Source: Octopus bimaculoides (taxonomy: Eukaryota). From it: DNA of 64,000 nucleotides. The position numbers were made by a program, and so were the translations under genes. The DNA lies in contig NC_068989.1 of NCBI RefSeq assembly GCF_001194135.2, forward strand, positions 95,426,972 to 95,490,971, written 5' to 3'. The notes under the pieces were generated by a model. That model was given only the letters and a program-made list of their open reading frames with translations, searched no databases and had not been told where the DNA came from. Shown here piece after piece: positions 12,169 to 25,504 of this stretch (the stretch's first letter is position 1; the number at the start of each line of letters is the position of its first letter).

Positions 12169-13080
12169 GGGGGGGGGGGGATAAGAGTCTGCTAGACTGG
12201 TTCTTAGGTAGGCTGGAGTAGGGTGAGGTGATATTTTATTAGGCTTAGAGCAGTGGGAAGCAAGGAGGTCCTAATATGGATATAAAAAAGAAAGAATAAA
12301 TAAAGCAAAAGTAAGGGTGAAGAAAAATAAAAGCATAGAAGCCAATTAGGGATAAGGTCAGGGTTTAGGATATATGGAGTGTCAGGGGCAGTACTTTTGG
12401 AGGGGATTCTGCCAGTTCCTTTTCCAAGACAGCTATTGGCTCTTGGTTCCCAGCTTCCATCTGTGCCTGCAAAACCTGTCTGTAAGCAGAAGCACACAAC
12501 TTCCTGAGCAATGACATCAGCAGGTTGGCTAAACCAGGTTGAGAATAGGCATGAGATTCTTTAGCAGTTGGTACACAACCTGTCTGAAGACTGGACTTCC
12601 AGTGGACTGTGCAAAGAAAATCCAGCTGTGTTGAAATACAATGAGCAGAAAGGTAGTGTGGGATGCATGCAGGAGAATATGGTGAGGCCTCGGTCAGCCT
12701 ACTGCAGCCCTGATATAACTTCAGTTGGTTTGACCTCTCTCACTGCAAGTCAAAGAAACCAGAAATATAACAGTGAAATTGGCCATCCACTGTAGCCTTC
12801 TTTTACTAGAATCTAGGTTTCAAAAAAAAAAAACCAGACCTTAGATTTCTTGGAACCACAAGACAGACAGCAGACTTATCCTCATGGCAGTTGATGTAAT
12901 ACATGTGTTGTAAAAATGAAATATTGCCAATTCCTTAGCTTCCTTGTTCATAAAGATACATGGAATGCAGAGCTCAAGTGGAAGCAGCTGCCTTCTCCAT
13001 TATTAATGTGCTTCTTTGGTGTCTAAGGGATGGAATCTTGAGCACTTTCGAAAATGAATGATAAGATAAAATACACACAT

Positions 13081-13119
<39 letters not shown>

Positions 13120-14281
13120 TAGCCATACTAACTGACCCTGCAAGGTTTTATTAATGCCTGAATTACCCATATTTCAGTTTGGAATAATTTACTTTCAAAA
13201 GATTTTACTTTGTCAGAAAACACTGATTCACTCAAAATTGTTTTTAAACAATTTAAATGATTCAAATTGAACTTCATAAAAAATGCACATAAAAACAAAA
13301 GCAACCACAGAACCTGAAGCAAAATTTTAATCTTACATTTTTTATTTACTTGGAAACCGTTTGTTCCAAAATGTCTACTAGTTTACATAATTACTCTAAG
13401 TGAATTGTTTTTCTAATCAGCAACGTTGCCCAGGGTCGGCTGCAGTTCTTGGTGGAGTATTTACTCTCAGTTTTCAGTGTAGAGTTAAAAATTAATAGAT
13501 TTCAGGAAAATAATATTCCTTCAGAAGATATAACCCAATGCAAAACTCTGCCCTACAACTTAGAACATACATACATTCGCTATACATATGTGTATATGTA
13601 CGAGTGTATAAATATGTGTGTATATGTGTGTGCACGTGCGTATAGTAAACGTAAATTATTCCATTTATTGACAAATTTTTTTTAAAAGCTATTGCTGGTA
13701 ACAATCACTAATACCAATTAACATTCTCCCACATTCGTTGGAGAATGTTTAATGATTTTGTTACTAATTAAGCAGCAAATCGTTACAAAGAATTTTCCAT
13801 TTGATCAACCTGAAAGCAATCATAGCCATAAGTTATTTAAGAATAAATGGAAAAAACACAACGCCATTGTTTTTAGGCTCTATATTTCAAACACTTTTCT
13901 AAAGTTTCCCATAAATACTTCTGAGAGTTTTTGTTATGGAAATTAATCAGAAACACGAAAGAAAATGACATGGCAGAGCTATAATTTCTGGTTTATGTTC
14001 AGAAACATATATGAACAGTTCGATTTTGGTTTATCATACTTATATTTATAACAATAGCAGTGAAAACAAAAAACAAAAATAGAAAATAGAAATGGCGCTA
14101 ATTTTTGAGTGAATAAATTCTGTTTACTAATACGAATAAATGTTATTCATGATGAAAGGAAATCCTCATATTAAAACAAAAATATTCCAGTAATGTGAAT
14201 ATTGAGAGTTTAATAATAAAAGATGTGAAATGTCATACAAAAGAATATAGAGAATTTTTTTCTTTCTTTACAAAATTATAT

Positions 14282-14665
14282 ATCATCATTATTGTCATCA
14301 TCATCATTTAACATCCGCTTTCCTAAGCTTGCATGGGTTAGAAGGAATTTGTTGAGGCAAATTTTCTACGACTGGGTGCTCTTCCTGTCACCAATTTACA
14401 CCGACATCCAGGCAGGGGGGTACTTCACATGGCAAGACATATTTTTTCAAAGAAAACTGGAATCAAACAACATCACTTCTATGATTGTGATGTTCATTTA
14501 CAATCATCATGTAATGTCAAGACAAAGATAGACACACACATGTGATGGGCTTCTTTCAGTTTCCATCTACTGAATCTATTCACAAAGCTTTCATAGAATA
14601 TACTTGCCCAAGGTGATAAAAAGTGGGACTGAATCAGAGATCTCTTGGTTGACAACAAGCTTCTC
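14282..14665 (-). mobile_element. tRNA-derived SINE with RTE-like 3' tail
   Basis: In reverse: head aagcttgttgtcaaccaagagatctctgattcagtcccact...cttgggcaag, central body, then catgcaagcttaggaaagcggatgttaaatgatgatg tail shared with RTE 3' ends. Confidence 0.75.
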
Positions 14666-14698
14666 AACTACATAAGAATTATATATTACTGAACTGCT

Positions 14699-14742
<44 letters not shown>

Positions 14743-14744
<2 letters not shown>

Positions 14745-14966
14745 TCTATCATCATCATTTAATGTCCGTTGTCCATGCTGTCATGGGTTGGACAGTTTGA
14801 CCAGGGCTGATAAGCTGAGGGATTGCACCAAACTCCAGTCTGATTTGGCATAATTACTATAGCTGGATTCCCTTCCTAACACCAACCACCCCAAGAGTGT
14901 AATGGGTGCTTTTATGTACCACCAGCACAGATGCCAGTTGCATGACACCAGTATCTGCCATGACTA

Positions 14967-14968
<2 letters not shown>
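14743..14968 (-). mobile_element. 5'-truncated RTE 3' end flanked on both sides by (TA)n
   Basis: (TA)n at 14700-14742 and 14969-14998 enclose catcatcatttaatgtccgttgtccatgctgtcatgggttggacag... Confidence 0.85.
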
Positions 14969-15002
<34 letters not shown>

Positions 15003-15005
<3 letters not shown>

Positions 15006-15250
15006 TAACATCCAAAAGTTTGGGACTACCCTGAAATTTTTCATTGCATTCATAAAATTTCTGTGTTTGGAGAAGTAAATTAGCCTATTCTATATTATTG
15101 CAAACCTTTATGCAGATTTCAAGCAAATTTCTATACAAGTATCAAAAATTTATCTTGTATAAGCTGTGGACATTGCTCTGTATAGAAACAAAGATCGTTT
15201 TGATGAAAATGCTGTAGCATTGAAGAAGGCCACTTAAATTGAACCTGGCA
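15003..15250 (+). mobile_element. Probable Tc1-like terminal (TIR) fragment
   Basis: After a TA run, cactaacatccaaaagtttgggactaccc resembles Tc1-family termini (CACT...CAAAAGTTTGG); no transposase seen. Confidence 0.45.
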
Positions 15251-15314
15251 GTGTTTGAATTTGAACTTAAGAGAAGAGAAAAGTACTTTTTTCTAAACTC
15301 TAGAGTAAACATTA

Positions 15315-15430
15315 ACCCAGTTTACTGGGCTTACAAAGAATAAGTCCTGGGGTTGATTTTTTTGACTAAAGGTGTTGCTTCAGCATGACTGCAGTCAAAT
15401 GACTGAAACAAGTAAACGAATAAAAGAATA
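15315..15430 (+). mobile_element. 3' part of the common SINE
   Basis: gggcttacaaagaataagtcctggggttgattt...gactaaaggtgttgcttcagcatgactgcagtcaaatgactgaaacaagtaaacgaataaaag matches the 3' end of 25505-25889. Confidence 0.75.
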
Positions 15431-15792
15431 TATACACACACATACATACACAGACACACAATGTGCAGGTACTATGTGCAACACATGTAAACATATGAAT
15501 CCATAAACACATTAGAGCTGTAACACTCAGGTTGCAATACCTTACTTTGCCCTCAGTCCACCCTATTAGTCGTCACAGTCTCAAGGGGGCTAACTGTACA
15601 GGTATCCATGCATCTACCTAACAGCAACATCCCTTGCCATTACTTGAACCGTTATTCAAATGAATCTGAAGAAAGGAACGCACAGCTGTATTGTTACACA
15701 TCAGAATATGGAAACATGAGATTGGACAGAAATCAATGTCAGAACAGAAACATAAAAACAATTTTGTAAAATAGCCATAGTCTCCATTTTCA

Positions 15793-15840
15793 ACACACAC
15801 ACACACACATGCACACACACACACACATGCACACACACAT

Positions 15841-15877
<37 letters not shown>
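15793..15877. repeat. Interrupted (CA)n, read as (UG)n in the RXYLT1 pre-mRNA
   Basis: Direct reading; lies about 35 nt downstream of the exon donor at 15912. Confidence 0.95.
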
Positions 15878-15878
<1 letters not shown>

Positions 15879-15912
15879 TTATGTAGTAAATGTCACATGT
15901 ATTGTCACTTAC

Positions 15913-16083
15913 TCATGACGGACTCTGTAATAACATTGTTTTCCATGTTGGCTGGACTTTAAAGTTTCAATTAATGTTTCTCTTGAGGAATTTGAATAAA
16001 TTGTGCCTAGAAAGTTACATAAGTATTTGCGGTGTGTTTCAACTGGAAGATGAGCACTGTCAACCTTTGGAAAATCACGATAC
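15913..16083 (-). CDS. RXYLT1: Next internal coding exon of RXYLT1/TMEM5 orthologue, 171 nt, phase 2-2
   Basis: Translates (T)[57 protein letters not shown], matching recalled TMEM5 YRNFP...[25 protein letters not shown]...ARE. Acceptor tttcctttctctgtctttcgtttcAG at 16084-16085, donor GTAAGT at 15912-15907. AC from the previous exon plus G gives ACG (Thr), so splicing preserves the frame. Confidence 0.93.
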
Positions 16084-16889
16084 CTGAAACGAAAGACAGA
16101 GAAAGGAAAATTAAGAGGCATTTCTAATATATTATGTATGCTGCGGCATCATTATACAAATGGAACTGTAAACTGATGTTGACAAATTAAAAAGTTCATA
16201 ACAGCATTTCCTGGACAAATTGCCAAAAGCATTCAGTGCTATTCTTGTAATAAAATAACTGCAACAATAATATAATCTTTGATAAATTATTGTTTTTGTG
16301 TTCTGTAGTTTTGTACTGTCAACAGGATCCTAGTGATGCTGAATTTCTAATGATTCTACAGATTCTTAGGTCTTTTGAGGCGAGCATACAGGGGAGCTTT
16401 TACCAAGGCCATAATGAAATGATTTAAACTCAGTACGAAAACCTTATAAAATTCCATAAAGGTGAGCTAAATTTAAATACAGGACTTGATAAAAGTTAGA
16501 TGGGACAGACATGAAGTGGTTCACCTATGGATTCAACTGCATGTTTTAACCATGGATGCCTAACAACACCATTCTCAATTTCAATATATTTATAGTTGTT
16601 TTTACTTTACTCTTATTTCTAAAGGTAAAAAAAAAAAAAGACAAAGTGTATCTCAGATTTAAGTGTAGGAACCAAAATAATTTAATGAAACCTTTGAAGG
16701 TAGGGCTCCAGCAGAGCTAGTCCAACAACTGCAATCAATAAAAAAGACAAACAATGAAAACAAAACACTAAACATGTAAATAGGGAATGACAATTTATCA
16801 TCATTTATCATTTGAGGAAAATATTCTATTCACATAAATACTGTTAAATATCACAAAGCTGAGATGAATTATGGACGAGCAGCTACAGA

Positions 16890-17095
16890 ACCACCTTGCA
16901 AACCCCAAGGTGCCACACAGTGGAGGAAGTGAACCTAAGACCATGTGGTTGGGAAGCAAACTTCTTACCACACAGCCACATCTGCACCTACACACACACA
17001 CACACACATTAAGTTTGTTTTAGTGTCTGTCTACCAAATCCACCCACAAGGCTTTGGTTGGCTTGCAGTGGGGCTGAACCTGAAAGCATAGCCAC
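16890..17095 (-). mobile_element. SINE fragments of the common family
   Basis: cccaaggtgccacacagtgga...gaacctaagaccatgtggttgggaagcaaacttcttaccac is the reverse complement of the SINE head. Confidence 0.75.
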
Positions 17096-17589
17096 ACTGG
17101 CACCTATTATGTTTCATTAATATTACTTCAGTTGAAAACAAGTTACAACCAATCCAATGTAACAATTCTGGTGACAAAACAAAAAAGAAAAAGAAAAGGA
17201 GGAAAAGATTAGTTTGTTATTGATGGTTATGATTTAAGTAGGAAGTGGCTAAAATGTAGGGGGGGGGGGAATAATTGTTCTGGGATAGCAGAAGAAATGT
17301 ACTGAAGAAGAATAATGAAGTTGATCACTGACGAGAGAACATTGAAGGGAAGTGACTTTAATGAGAACAGACAGACAGAGAGTTTGATTATTGTGTGTGA
17401 AGAAAGAGAAAATTAGCTTGCTAATAAGTAAAGTTAATAAACAGGACATAAGTAAAAGATATTAGGGGTATATGGACTTTGAAAAGATGATTATTGTTGA
17501 AGGGTATTGATTAAAGAGAGCCTCAGAGAAGGGTATTGATTGAAGAGAAATCCATTCCACTTCTGCTGGAAATAAAGTGTGTGTGTGTA

Positions 17590-17735
17590 TCTTCATTGGT
17601 TCTTATGCCATAAACACCAAAATGAAGTGACAGAGAACTGGTATGAGAATGTACCAAGTAAAGTCATGCAGGAGGATGGAAAAGTAATGATTCTCTGGGA
17701 CCATGATTTTCACATGGATCATATAATCGAACAAA
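17590..17735 (+). mobile_element. Short R4/Dong C-terminal fragment
   Basis: LHWFLCHKHQNEVTENWYENVPSKVMQEDGKVMILWDHDFHMDHIIE resembles the R4/Dong H..LC...WYEH.P..V.EN..VKILWD....TD..I region upstream of the restriction-like endonuclease. Confidence 0.7.
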
Positions 17736-18269
17736 CATGGTGGGCTGGATGTTGTCTTCACTACCTTTCCCTCCATTACCATCACCACTGTCTTTCACAT
17801 CACTTACTGTCACTTCATCCGCCCCCCGGCTACCACCACCACCACCATCATCACCGCTGCCTCTATCACAACTACAGCTCATACTATTACTATCACTCCA
17901 TTACCATTACAAAAAAGGCTAAATGCATGTGTTCATTCAGTCTGTTAGTTCAGTGGTCAGTCCCTCTTTCTCTCACATACCCACTCTTTCTCTCTCTCTT
18001 ATTATTACTCTTACTGCTACCATCAACACTACTACTTTTAATAAAAACATCAACTCTCCCTAAATTTCTTTATCTCTCTTTCTCTCCCTCTCTTTTTCTT
18101 TCTCTCTCTCTCTCTCTCCTTCTGTCTTCACCACTACCCTCACCATGTCTATGCCTACTATTACTCATACCCCAACATGAGCAATAGTAGGAGTGTCAAT
18201 GAATAGTGAAAGAGGGGGTCAAAGTATGACACATTTGCTCAAGATACCATGTAGAGGGATTGAAACCGA

Positions 18270-18490
18270 AAGTATGGGAATGGGAAGTGAACTTCTTTGC
18301 CATGTGTATATGTGTGTGTGTATGAATTTTACACTTGTTTCTCACTGTTTGAAAACCAGTGTTGGTTTGTTTGCAACCCCATAACTTAATGATTTAGCAA
18401 AAAGAGAAATGGAATAAGTATTGGTGATCAATGAAACTTTTTATGCTGGTGTCCCAGCATGGCTGCAGTCCAATGAGTGAAACAAGTAAA
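18270..18490 (+). mobile_element. Degenerate SINE of the common family
   Basis: aaaaccagtgttggtttgtttgcaaccccataactt...ccagcatggctgcagtccaatgagtgaaacaagtaaa. Confidence 0.7.
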
Positions 18491-19448
18491 GTATAAGCAA
18501 ATAATTTTTATATATTTCATGCGAACAAAGATAAGATAATTTTCCAAATTAGAGTATCTGTTATTTCCGACAATTTAAGAGAACCTAATTTTATAGTCAA
18601 ATGAACTTTTGAAAGCTTTTCAGTTAACAGTGGAATTAAACTGGTACATTTATTATTATTTTTTTTGTTTTGTTTAAAAATTTAATTATCGATTGCAATA
18701 AAGAATATGCTATTAATACCAGAATTAAGGACTGGGCAATATGCTATCTGTCTATCAGCTTCCCTCACCCATTCTCTGTTTGCAAGAGAACAAGAGGAAA
18801 TTTTAGTTGAAACATAACACTGTTAAAATATAGAATACAAAAATATTGCTGATTCTTAATGGAAAGGGAAAAAAAACTTATCTACAGTTTACACTTTAAT
18901 GCATATTGATATGTTATATGGGAAAACAAAAACAATATTTAAATTGAATTGTTGTGAGCTACTTATTCCAATTAATAATTTTATTGTATGTTTTGGGCAG
19001 GTGTAACATGTACATGTGCACACATGCATTCAGATAAAACATAATTAGTTAAATGTGGCTGGGAAATATCAGTCCTCTCAAATGAGATTACATAGAATGA
19101 AGAATACTGAAATGATGTATTGGATACTTGTTTAACACATGAATATTATCCCTCTTTCCCCTCACACACACACACTTGTATATACAGGTCTACACAATCA
19201 GATATGTAAATATATATACACGAGTGCATGTTGGTTTAGATACCTGCAATTATCAGAGTGTAAAGGAAAGACGAAAAGAGTACTTAACACAATTCGTTTG
19301 GCAGAAGTGATAAAAGCTTGGATTTTCTGAATATGAATTACGTAGGTACACAGGTATAGATATGTATGCATGGGTGTATATATGTATATCTATCTAACTA
19401 TGCCCCCTCTCACTCTCTCTCTATCATCATTTAATATCTGTTTATGTT

Positions 19449-19507
<59 letters not shown>

Positions 19508-20230
19508 TTAATACTCCAAAACAGCATGAAATTTATACAAATTCAGAGAGCAAATTTTCATTCTTCACCATATATACTTCTCAGCTGATAGACTATCAAC
19601 ACACTACATTAGTACTAGAGTATATACAAAGAGAGCAAAGAAAGAGAGAGAGAGAAAGACACGTACAGAGAGCTCTTCTCTTATGCTTGTTTCATTCACT
19701 GAACGGTAGCCTCGCTGGGGCAGCAACATCAAAGATCTTAGTCAATCACTTACTTCAGTCTGATAGATTTCCTATTGATATCTATTCATTGAATCACTAA
19801 ATTATTCTTTCTGATCTAATATTGCTATTTTTTTCTTTTTTTCCTTTTTCGTACAACTGGCAGTGTTGTTTCAAAGACGTACCCCCCCCACACACACACA
19901 CACACCTGCAAATATACAATAGGCTTCTGCATAGTTTCCATGCACTGAATCCCATTCAGAGGTTGTCAACTTGAGGTTACAGTAAAAACTACTTGCATAA
20001 CTGCCCAATGTGCTGATCAATGGGTCAAAGCCAGGACCACGGGTCAAGAAGAGAACTTCTTCATCACACAGCCCTCTTGCTAGTAACCGGGGATAATCTA
20101 CTTACACAAAACATACAGCTGTATATTATTAGGGAAGGAGGAATCAGAAGTTGGGATGTTCATACATTCTGCAACTATGTTTGCAGAATAATGTTGTTTT
20201 ACATTGGAATTGGAGTTATGTATTAAATCA

Positions 20231-20275
<45 letters not shown>

Positions 20276-21149
20276 AAATATCAAGATAGATGCACAGATG
20301 AAGAGATAGTGAGATGGATAAATAAACAGATAAATATACAGGTAGGACATAGAGACACAAAACGGTTTGATAACTATTTCCAAAAACAGTAATTGTTTTT
20401 CAAGGACAAAAATGAGAGAAAATAATATTTTTAACAACTTAAACAAAGATTACTTTTACAGACTTTCTTTTTAATAGTTTCATTTTTCACTAAGTGTTAG
20501 AAAGAAAATGAATCGACAGAAAAAAAGAAAGACTATTGTAATAGTGTCATCAGGAATGTTTTAACGCATCAAATGGAATACAAATTTGGTTTAAGATTCT
20601 AGCAATTCTTAGAAAAGAACAGATGACAAAATGTTTGTCAATTAGTACTTTTGATTGTGACTTGAAATTATAATGATGATGATGATTAGAAGAAGAACAA
20701 CAACAATAATGAAGAATGGAAAATTTTAGAAACTGCAAAGAAGTATAATTGGAAAAATTGTTTTGTACAAAATCGGAAATTATGGAAATTATAAAAAGGA
20801 AATGAAAATATTGCATGTTTCTAAATAAATTATAATGCAATTATTGTAAATAACTTGTAATATTTCTCTTAAGGATTGGGTAGTAGTGTGCTTCAAAGAA
20901 ATGTAATTTGGAGGGGGGGGGGGCTATAAGAGTTTTACAACAACAGACATTATCGAAAGAATACAGAAATAAGATCCTGTAATTTCTAAAAATTTAGCCA
21001 AGACCATTGAAATAATAACCATACATATATCATATTCTAAGATGAAATTAAAACAATGATAAGAAGGGCGTCGAAGCACAAAATGCTGAAAGTGAAAACC
21101 CAATTAACTCAAACTAACATGGAAAGATTGCGTGAAAAATGATGACGAT

Positions 21150-21480
21150 GACAATGGTGATGATAGTAATTTTGAGGTGTTCTGTTCTGTGTTTTCTTTT
21201 TTTATTTTTGGTCCATGCCCTTTTTCTTTTTAGTTCCTCTTCCATCTATCCCTCTAAACTCACCTCAACTGTCTTCTTTTCCCCCTCAGGTTCCAGAACA
21301 AATCTTACTTTTGCAAACACTCATCTGGCCTTCTTAACATATGGTCTACTCACTTCCAATTGCATCTTGTTATTTGTTGGTTGATGAGTTGTTCCTTGGT
21401 TTTGACCCAGAAGTCTTTGTTGCTCATGTCTTATGTTTAAGAGTTTTAAAGGTCCCGTTTATGAATATTAGGAGCTTTCT
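21150..21480 (-). mobile_element. Decayed RTE-clade (SR2/RTE-Sj-like) LINE C-terminal fragment
   Basis: Minus-strand reading SNKDFWVKTKEQLINQQITRCNWK*VDHMLRRPDE...LFWNLRGKRR resembles SNE.LW.RT.Q.PI...I.RRKW.WIGH.LR.P.....L.WNPQGKR. Confidence 0.65.
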
Positions 21481-23029
21481 CAGGACATTTTGTTCCCATT
21501 CACCATGACTGGTTTTGACTTCCTATTGAAAATTCGCCCCTTAATGTGTGTGTCAACTTAACCCTGACTTGCAAAGGTTAGATACTAGTGCTACCAGCTG
21601 CTATGACTGCTATAACATCTAAGGCAGCCAACAGCAGAGAAAACTTCTAATCTTTGTTACTGAGTATGTCATGATTTTGGTTTATACAGTTACTAGATGA
21701 GTCTTTCAATTTCAAGTCACTCAAATTAAAAAACAAAACAAGCATTCATTTTTTTTGATACTATAGCCATCAGGAGAAATATTATGACCCTATGCCCCAT
21801 CTGCCCTGAATATATAAACTGTAGCAAATAACTCTCTCTCCAGAGTATCTGCTACTTGTTCCATAAATGTATCTGAGTTCTGGTATACTGAGAAAATTGG
21901 ACAGTAAAACAGTTGTGGAGAATATGAACCCACATCCGACAAGTTGGTAGTTCTGCTGAATGGCAACCTCGTACCACCTCAGTCGTTTTTTAGTCTCTAC
22001 AGTAATTATTTACGACAGATAAAAATGATTAATTTTCGAGAAAAACTATTTTGAGAATGACAGATTTATAAGATATAAACAAAAAGAAAAATTGAAACAA
22101 AAACAAAGACAAAGAATTCATTAGTGAATTAGTTGAATAATAAATGAGGCAGAATCAGTAAGCATCTAAAAAGCATTGGTTAAATAGTGGTTAAGTGGAA
22201 AGTAACAAAGCAAGTTTTACAAGAAGGCACCTTTAGAACAAAAAAAAATATATATATATTTATATATCGTATGTGAAGAATTATTACTGCTTTGGTTCAA
22301 TATAGAGTGATGTGATTTGGAAAAAAAGCAAACAACATTAGTGATTAAGTGATTGAAATAGGATTGGCTGCATGTTTAAGGGGTTTGGTTCACAATGAAA
22401 GGGTTCCAGTTTTGATAGAATTGCAAGACTTCTTGATAGTGGAAATTAGAAGAGAGAAACTGTGCGGAAGTTTGCTGGGTATACACACACACACACACGT
22501 GTGTGTGCACATGTGTGTGTGTGTGTGTTGGTACTAAAACAACTGGTGTTTTATGACCAAAGTTACTTGAGATATTTACTCAGCATTGAATTACAGACAC
22601 TCCCTTGTCATCAGAAATGGCATGAAGCACAAAGACTAGTTCATTGCAGCCAAGTGCTGAGATTGATGACATCTCTAATGCATTTCTTTAAAATTGTTAT
22701 CCTTATGCTTGAATCAGAAACAATCGTTGTTCATCATTTGTAATAAAAAAAAATAGCAAAATTATCAAAATAAAATAAGTGAACTTGTTTGTTATAATTG
22801 AAAATATAAAAATCACGTTCATTAATAAAATCATTTTTTCTGTTTTAAGACATTTCCTCTTATTTCAGGCAGTTGCCTATAATTTATGCAATGAACAATT
22901 ATTTCTTTTAATAAATTATTTACTTCTTTTTAAACTAAAATGCAGTAAAAATTCTTTAATTATTAATATATTGAAAAACCTATCCTTGTGTGTTGTCTCC
23001 CCAATTATCCATCTGCTTTAATTTCAGCC

Positions 23030-23262
23030 CCACTCTGGGGCATCTGGGGCAAATGGTTTTCTGCTATAGTCCAGGACTGACTTAAGCCTTGAGAGTAGAA
23101 TTGATAGACAGACTGTCTTGGGAAGGTCATTATACTAATATTGATAACACATGCATTGATTCAATATCACTTCTTCTTTGTTAGTCAATTGGTTAAATAT
23201 CTAATTAACTAATCAATCAGTTGTTCACTATTCTGGTTAAACACACACACACACACACACTG

Positions 23263-23301
<39 letters not shown>

Positions 23302-23590
23302 CATGCATATGTTCATATATGTGTGTCAGTGTGTCTGCTTGTCTTGACATAGTGCAATAGTTGTAAACAAGAGTCCCTGTCATGCATTCAGTATCATTCA
23401 TTTCTAACTTTCCATGGAATCATGTCCATTGTGCTGTTTGTGTTTGAAGGATTAGGGAAAATAACATGTTTACTTGGAAACAGGAGAGGGTTGGCAACAA
23501 CAAGGACATCAGGCTGCAGAGAACCTGCCCCAATGAATTTTGTCTGACTTATGCAAGGCTGGTGATGTGGATGTAGGAATGATGTGATAA
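23030..23590 (+). mobile_element. Degenerate SINE with RTE-like tail, interrupted by AT-rich sequence and (CA)n
   Basis: Head-like ccactctggggcatctggggcaaatggttttctgctatag, body gtgtgtctgcttgtcttgacat... and tail ggagagggttggcaacaacaaggacatc...tatgcaaggctgg, collinear with the reverse of 14282-14665. Confidence 0.6.
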
Positions 23591-24220
23591 TAGTGGTGAT
23601 GGTGGTGGTGGTGGTGGTGGTGGTAATAGTGGTAGAAAGGATGTGGGGTGTGTCTAACCAACAACCTTGATTGTATTAGAGTTTTATACCATAAATTCAG
23701 AAAGATAAGATTTTGAAGAAATCTAAGGAATGGGAAGAATATTACTTTATTCAGTAAGGTGTGTGTGGAGTTATTTAAAGTGGCCAAGTGTAAGAACCAT
23801 TTGACTTTTGCTCCCCACTCCCAAATCATTACACACACAACAAACGGGTGGGGGGGGGGATTCTGTATTGTTATGTATATTAGAGGATGAAGGAGAGTGA
23901 GGCACTGTGAGAGCTATCTGGCGTACAATAGCACAAGAGGGAAAAAAAAGTATCATAAGGATAGTGATGGTGATGACAATGTGTGTGCAAAGTGCACACA
24001 CACACACACGCACGTACACATAAAGATACCTACATAGTCATAATTCTATAATATATTTGCAAGATTCAAATGTAATGATTTTTAAAAAAATCTCTTAATT
24101 TCTTGGATAATGTCAAAACAAGATGTGACATTCTGAATAAATTACTTGGTGCAAAATATAATGGCAATGATGATGATGATGATGATGATGATAGTGGTAG
24201 TGATGATAATGCTGACGTTT

Positions 24221-24259
24221 NNNNNNNNNNNNNNNNNNNNNNNNNNNNNNNNNNNNNNN
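24221..24259. other. Assembly gap
   Basis: N run next to (TA)n. Confidence 1.
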
Positions 24260-24489
24260 ATATATATATATATATATATATCTTAACGAAACTGAATAAC
24301 TGACAATTGAATTAAGATCTAGTAGATAACTTTAATATGCACATATGTAATTATGTAGAATACATAGAAATACCAGGTCTATATATGGTATCACTTCAAA
24401 TAGACAAAGTGCTATTATAATTTAAATCTTTCTTTACAATAAGATCTGCTTTAATTAGAATAAAAATTTTACAAGTGGTCGAATAAGTG

Positions 24490-24620
24490 CTACTTGGTTT
24501 GGAGAGTTCAGTCTTCACTCAGTAATATGTTGGGCAATTCTCTACCACCACAAACTTTAGCTGACCAAAGTCTTTTGGGAGAAAAATTTGGTAGATGGAA
24601 ACTGTGTGGAAGCCTGTGGT
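24490..24620 (+). mobile_element. SINE head/core fragment
   Basis: gagttcagtcttcactcagtaatatgttgggcaattc...ctgaccaaagtcttttggga...tttggtagatggaaactgtgtggaagcc. Confidence 0.6.
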
Positions 24621-25504
24621 TTGGACTGTTCATGTTTGTGGATGATACGCTTAATTTGTACCATGACATCTTTAATTGCAGTCTCTTCATCTATTCTAAA
24701 CAAGACTGATTTCTTACAGACATTGCATTGGAGCTACCAGTTAATAAAACTGGAATCTCTTTGTAGCTTCATTGAAAATTGAAAATATAAAAATCACTTA
24801 GTTTAGAACATTTGCAGCTCAAATTATGCAGGAAGTATTTTCAAAATCAATAAGAAAAATTTAAAGAAATGACTATAAAGGACTCTTTCCATACACCATA
24901 ATACTAGAAGAAATTTAAGTTTAGGTACCAAAAGCAGGAAAATCTCTCCCAAAATATTTCTCATTGCCTTTTTTGAAATAATCAAATTAAAAATGTTCTT
25001 GGTGACAGAAAAATATTTCAAATTTAATTGGAATTAATGCAAATAACAAAATATCAAATATTTGACCATGTACAGAAACAAATTCATAATTATTTTCATC
25101 AAAGGTACAAGATTATTTTTAGATTATTTTCAGAATTTGACTCACTTCACACAGTAAGTTGCAGTGAAAGTAACTAAGTTCAATATATGATACCTCAAAG
25201 AACCAATTTATTGTTTTCTGCAGCCAGGAGGAACGGAAATATGCCATTGGCTTTTGGAACAAGTTTCTGTTTAAGGAAAGAAATGGAAAAAGGTTTCTAT
25301 GATCTTCTTAAAATGCATCTACTGTGCTATAAAGTCCTGCAATGTGGGGAAACCTTTCGTTTTTCACTAAATTGTGTGAATTAAATAAAACAATTAAAAA
25401 TAGCAAAAGTAAGAAATGTGTTATGGAAATTATCATTAACTTTTAACTTATTTCTCTCAATCTGGTCCATTCTAGAAGAGCTGAGAGAGGACGAAAGTAA
25501 AAGT

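Noticed and set aside
12060-12800. Possible Penelope-like or other retroelement remnant (also 1-300)
   Set aside because: Composition looks coding-derived, but I could not recover a diagnostic motif; needs a translated search.
16078-16090. CAG|GTATCG at the exon start as a recursive splice site; also CAG|GTAAAT near 37064 on the minus strand
   Set aside because: The reconstituted donors are weak and expected by chance in 42 kb; this needs saw-tooth RNA-seq evidence.
19245-19330. Cryptic or nested minus-strand exon with AG and GT boundaries
   Set aside because: Weak polypyrimidine tract, no protein similarity, and not needed for the RXYLT1 reading frame.
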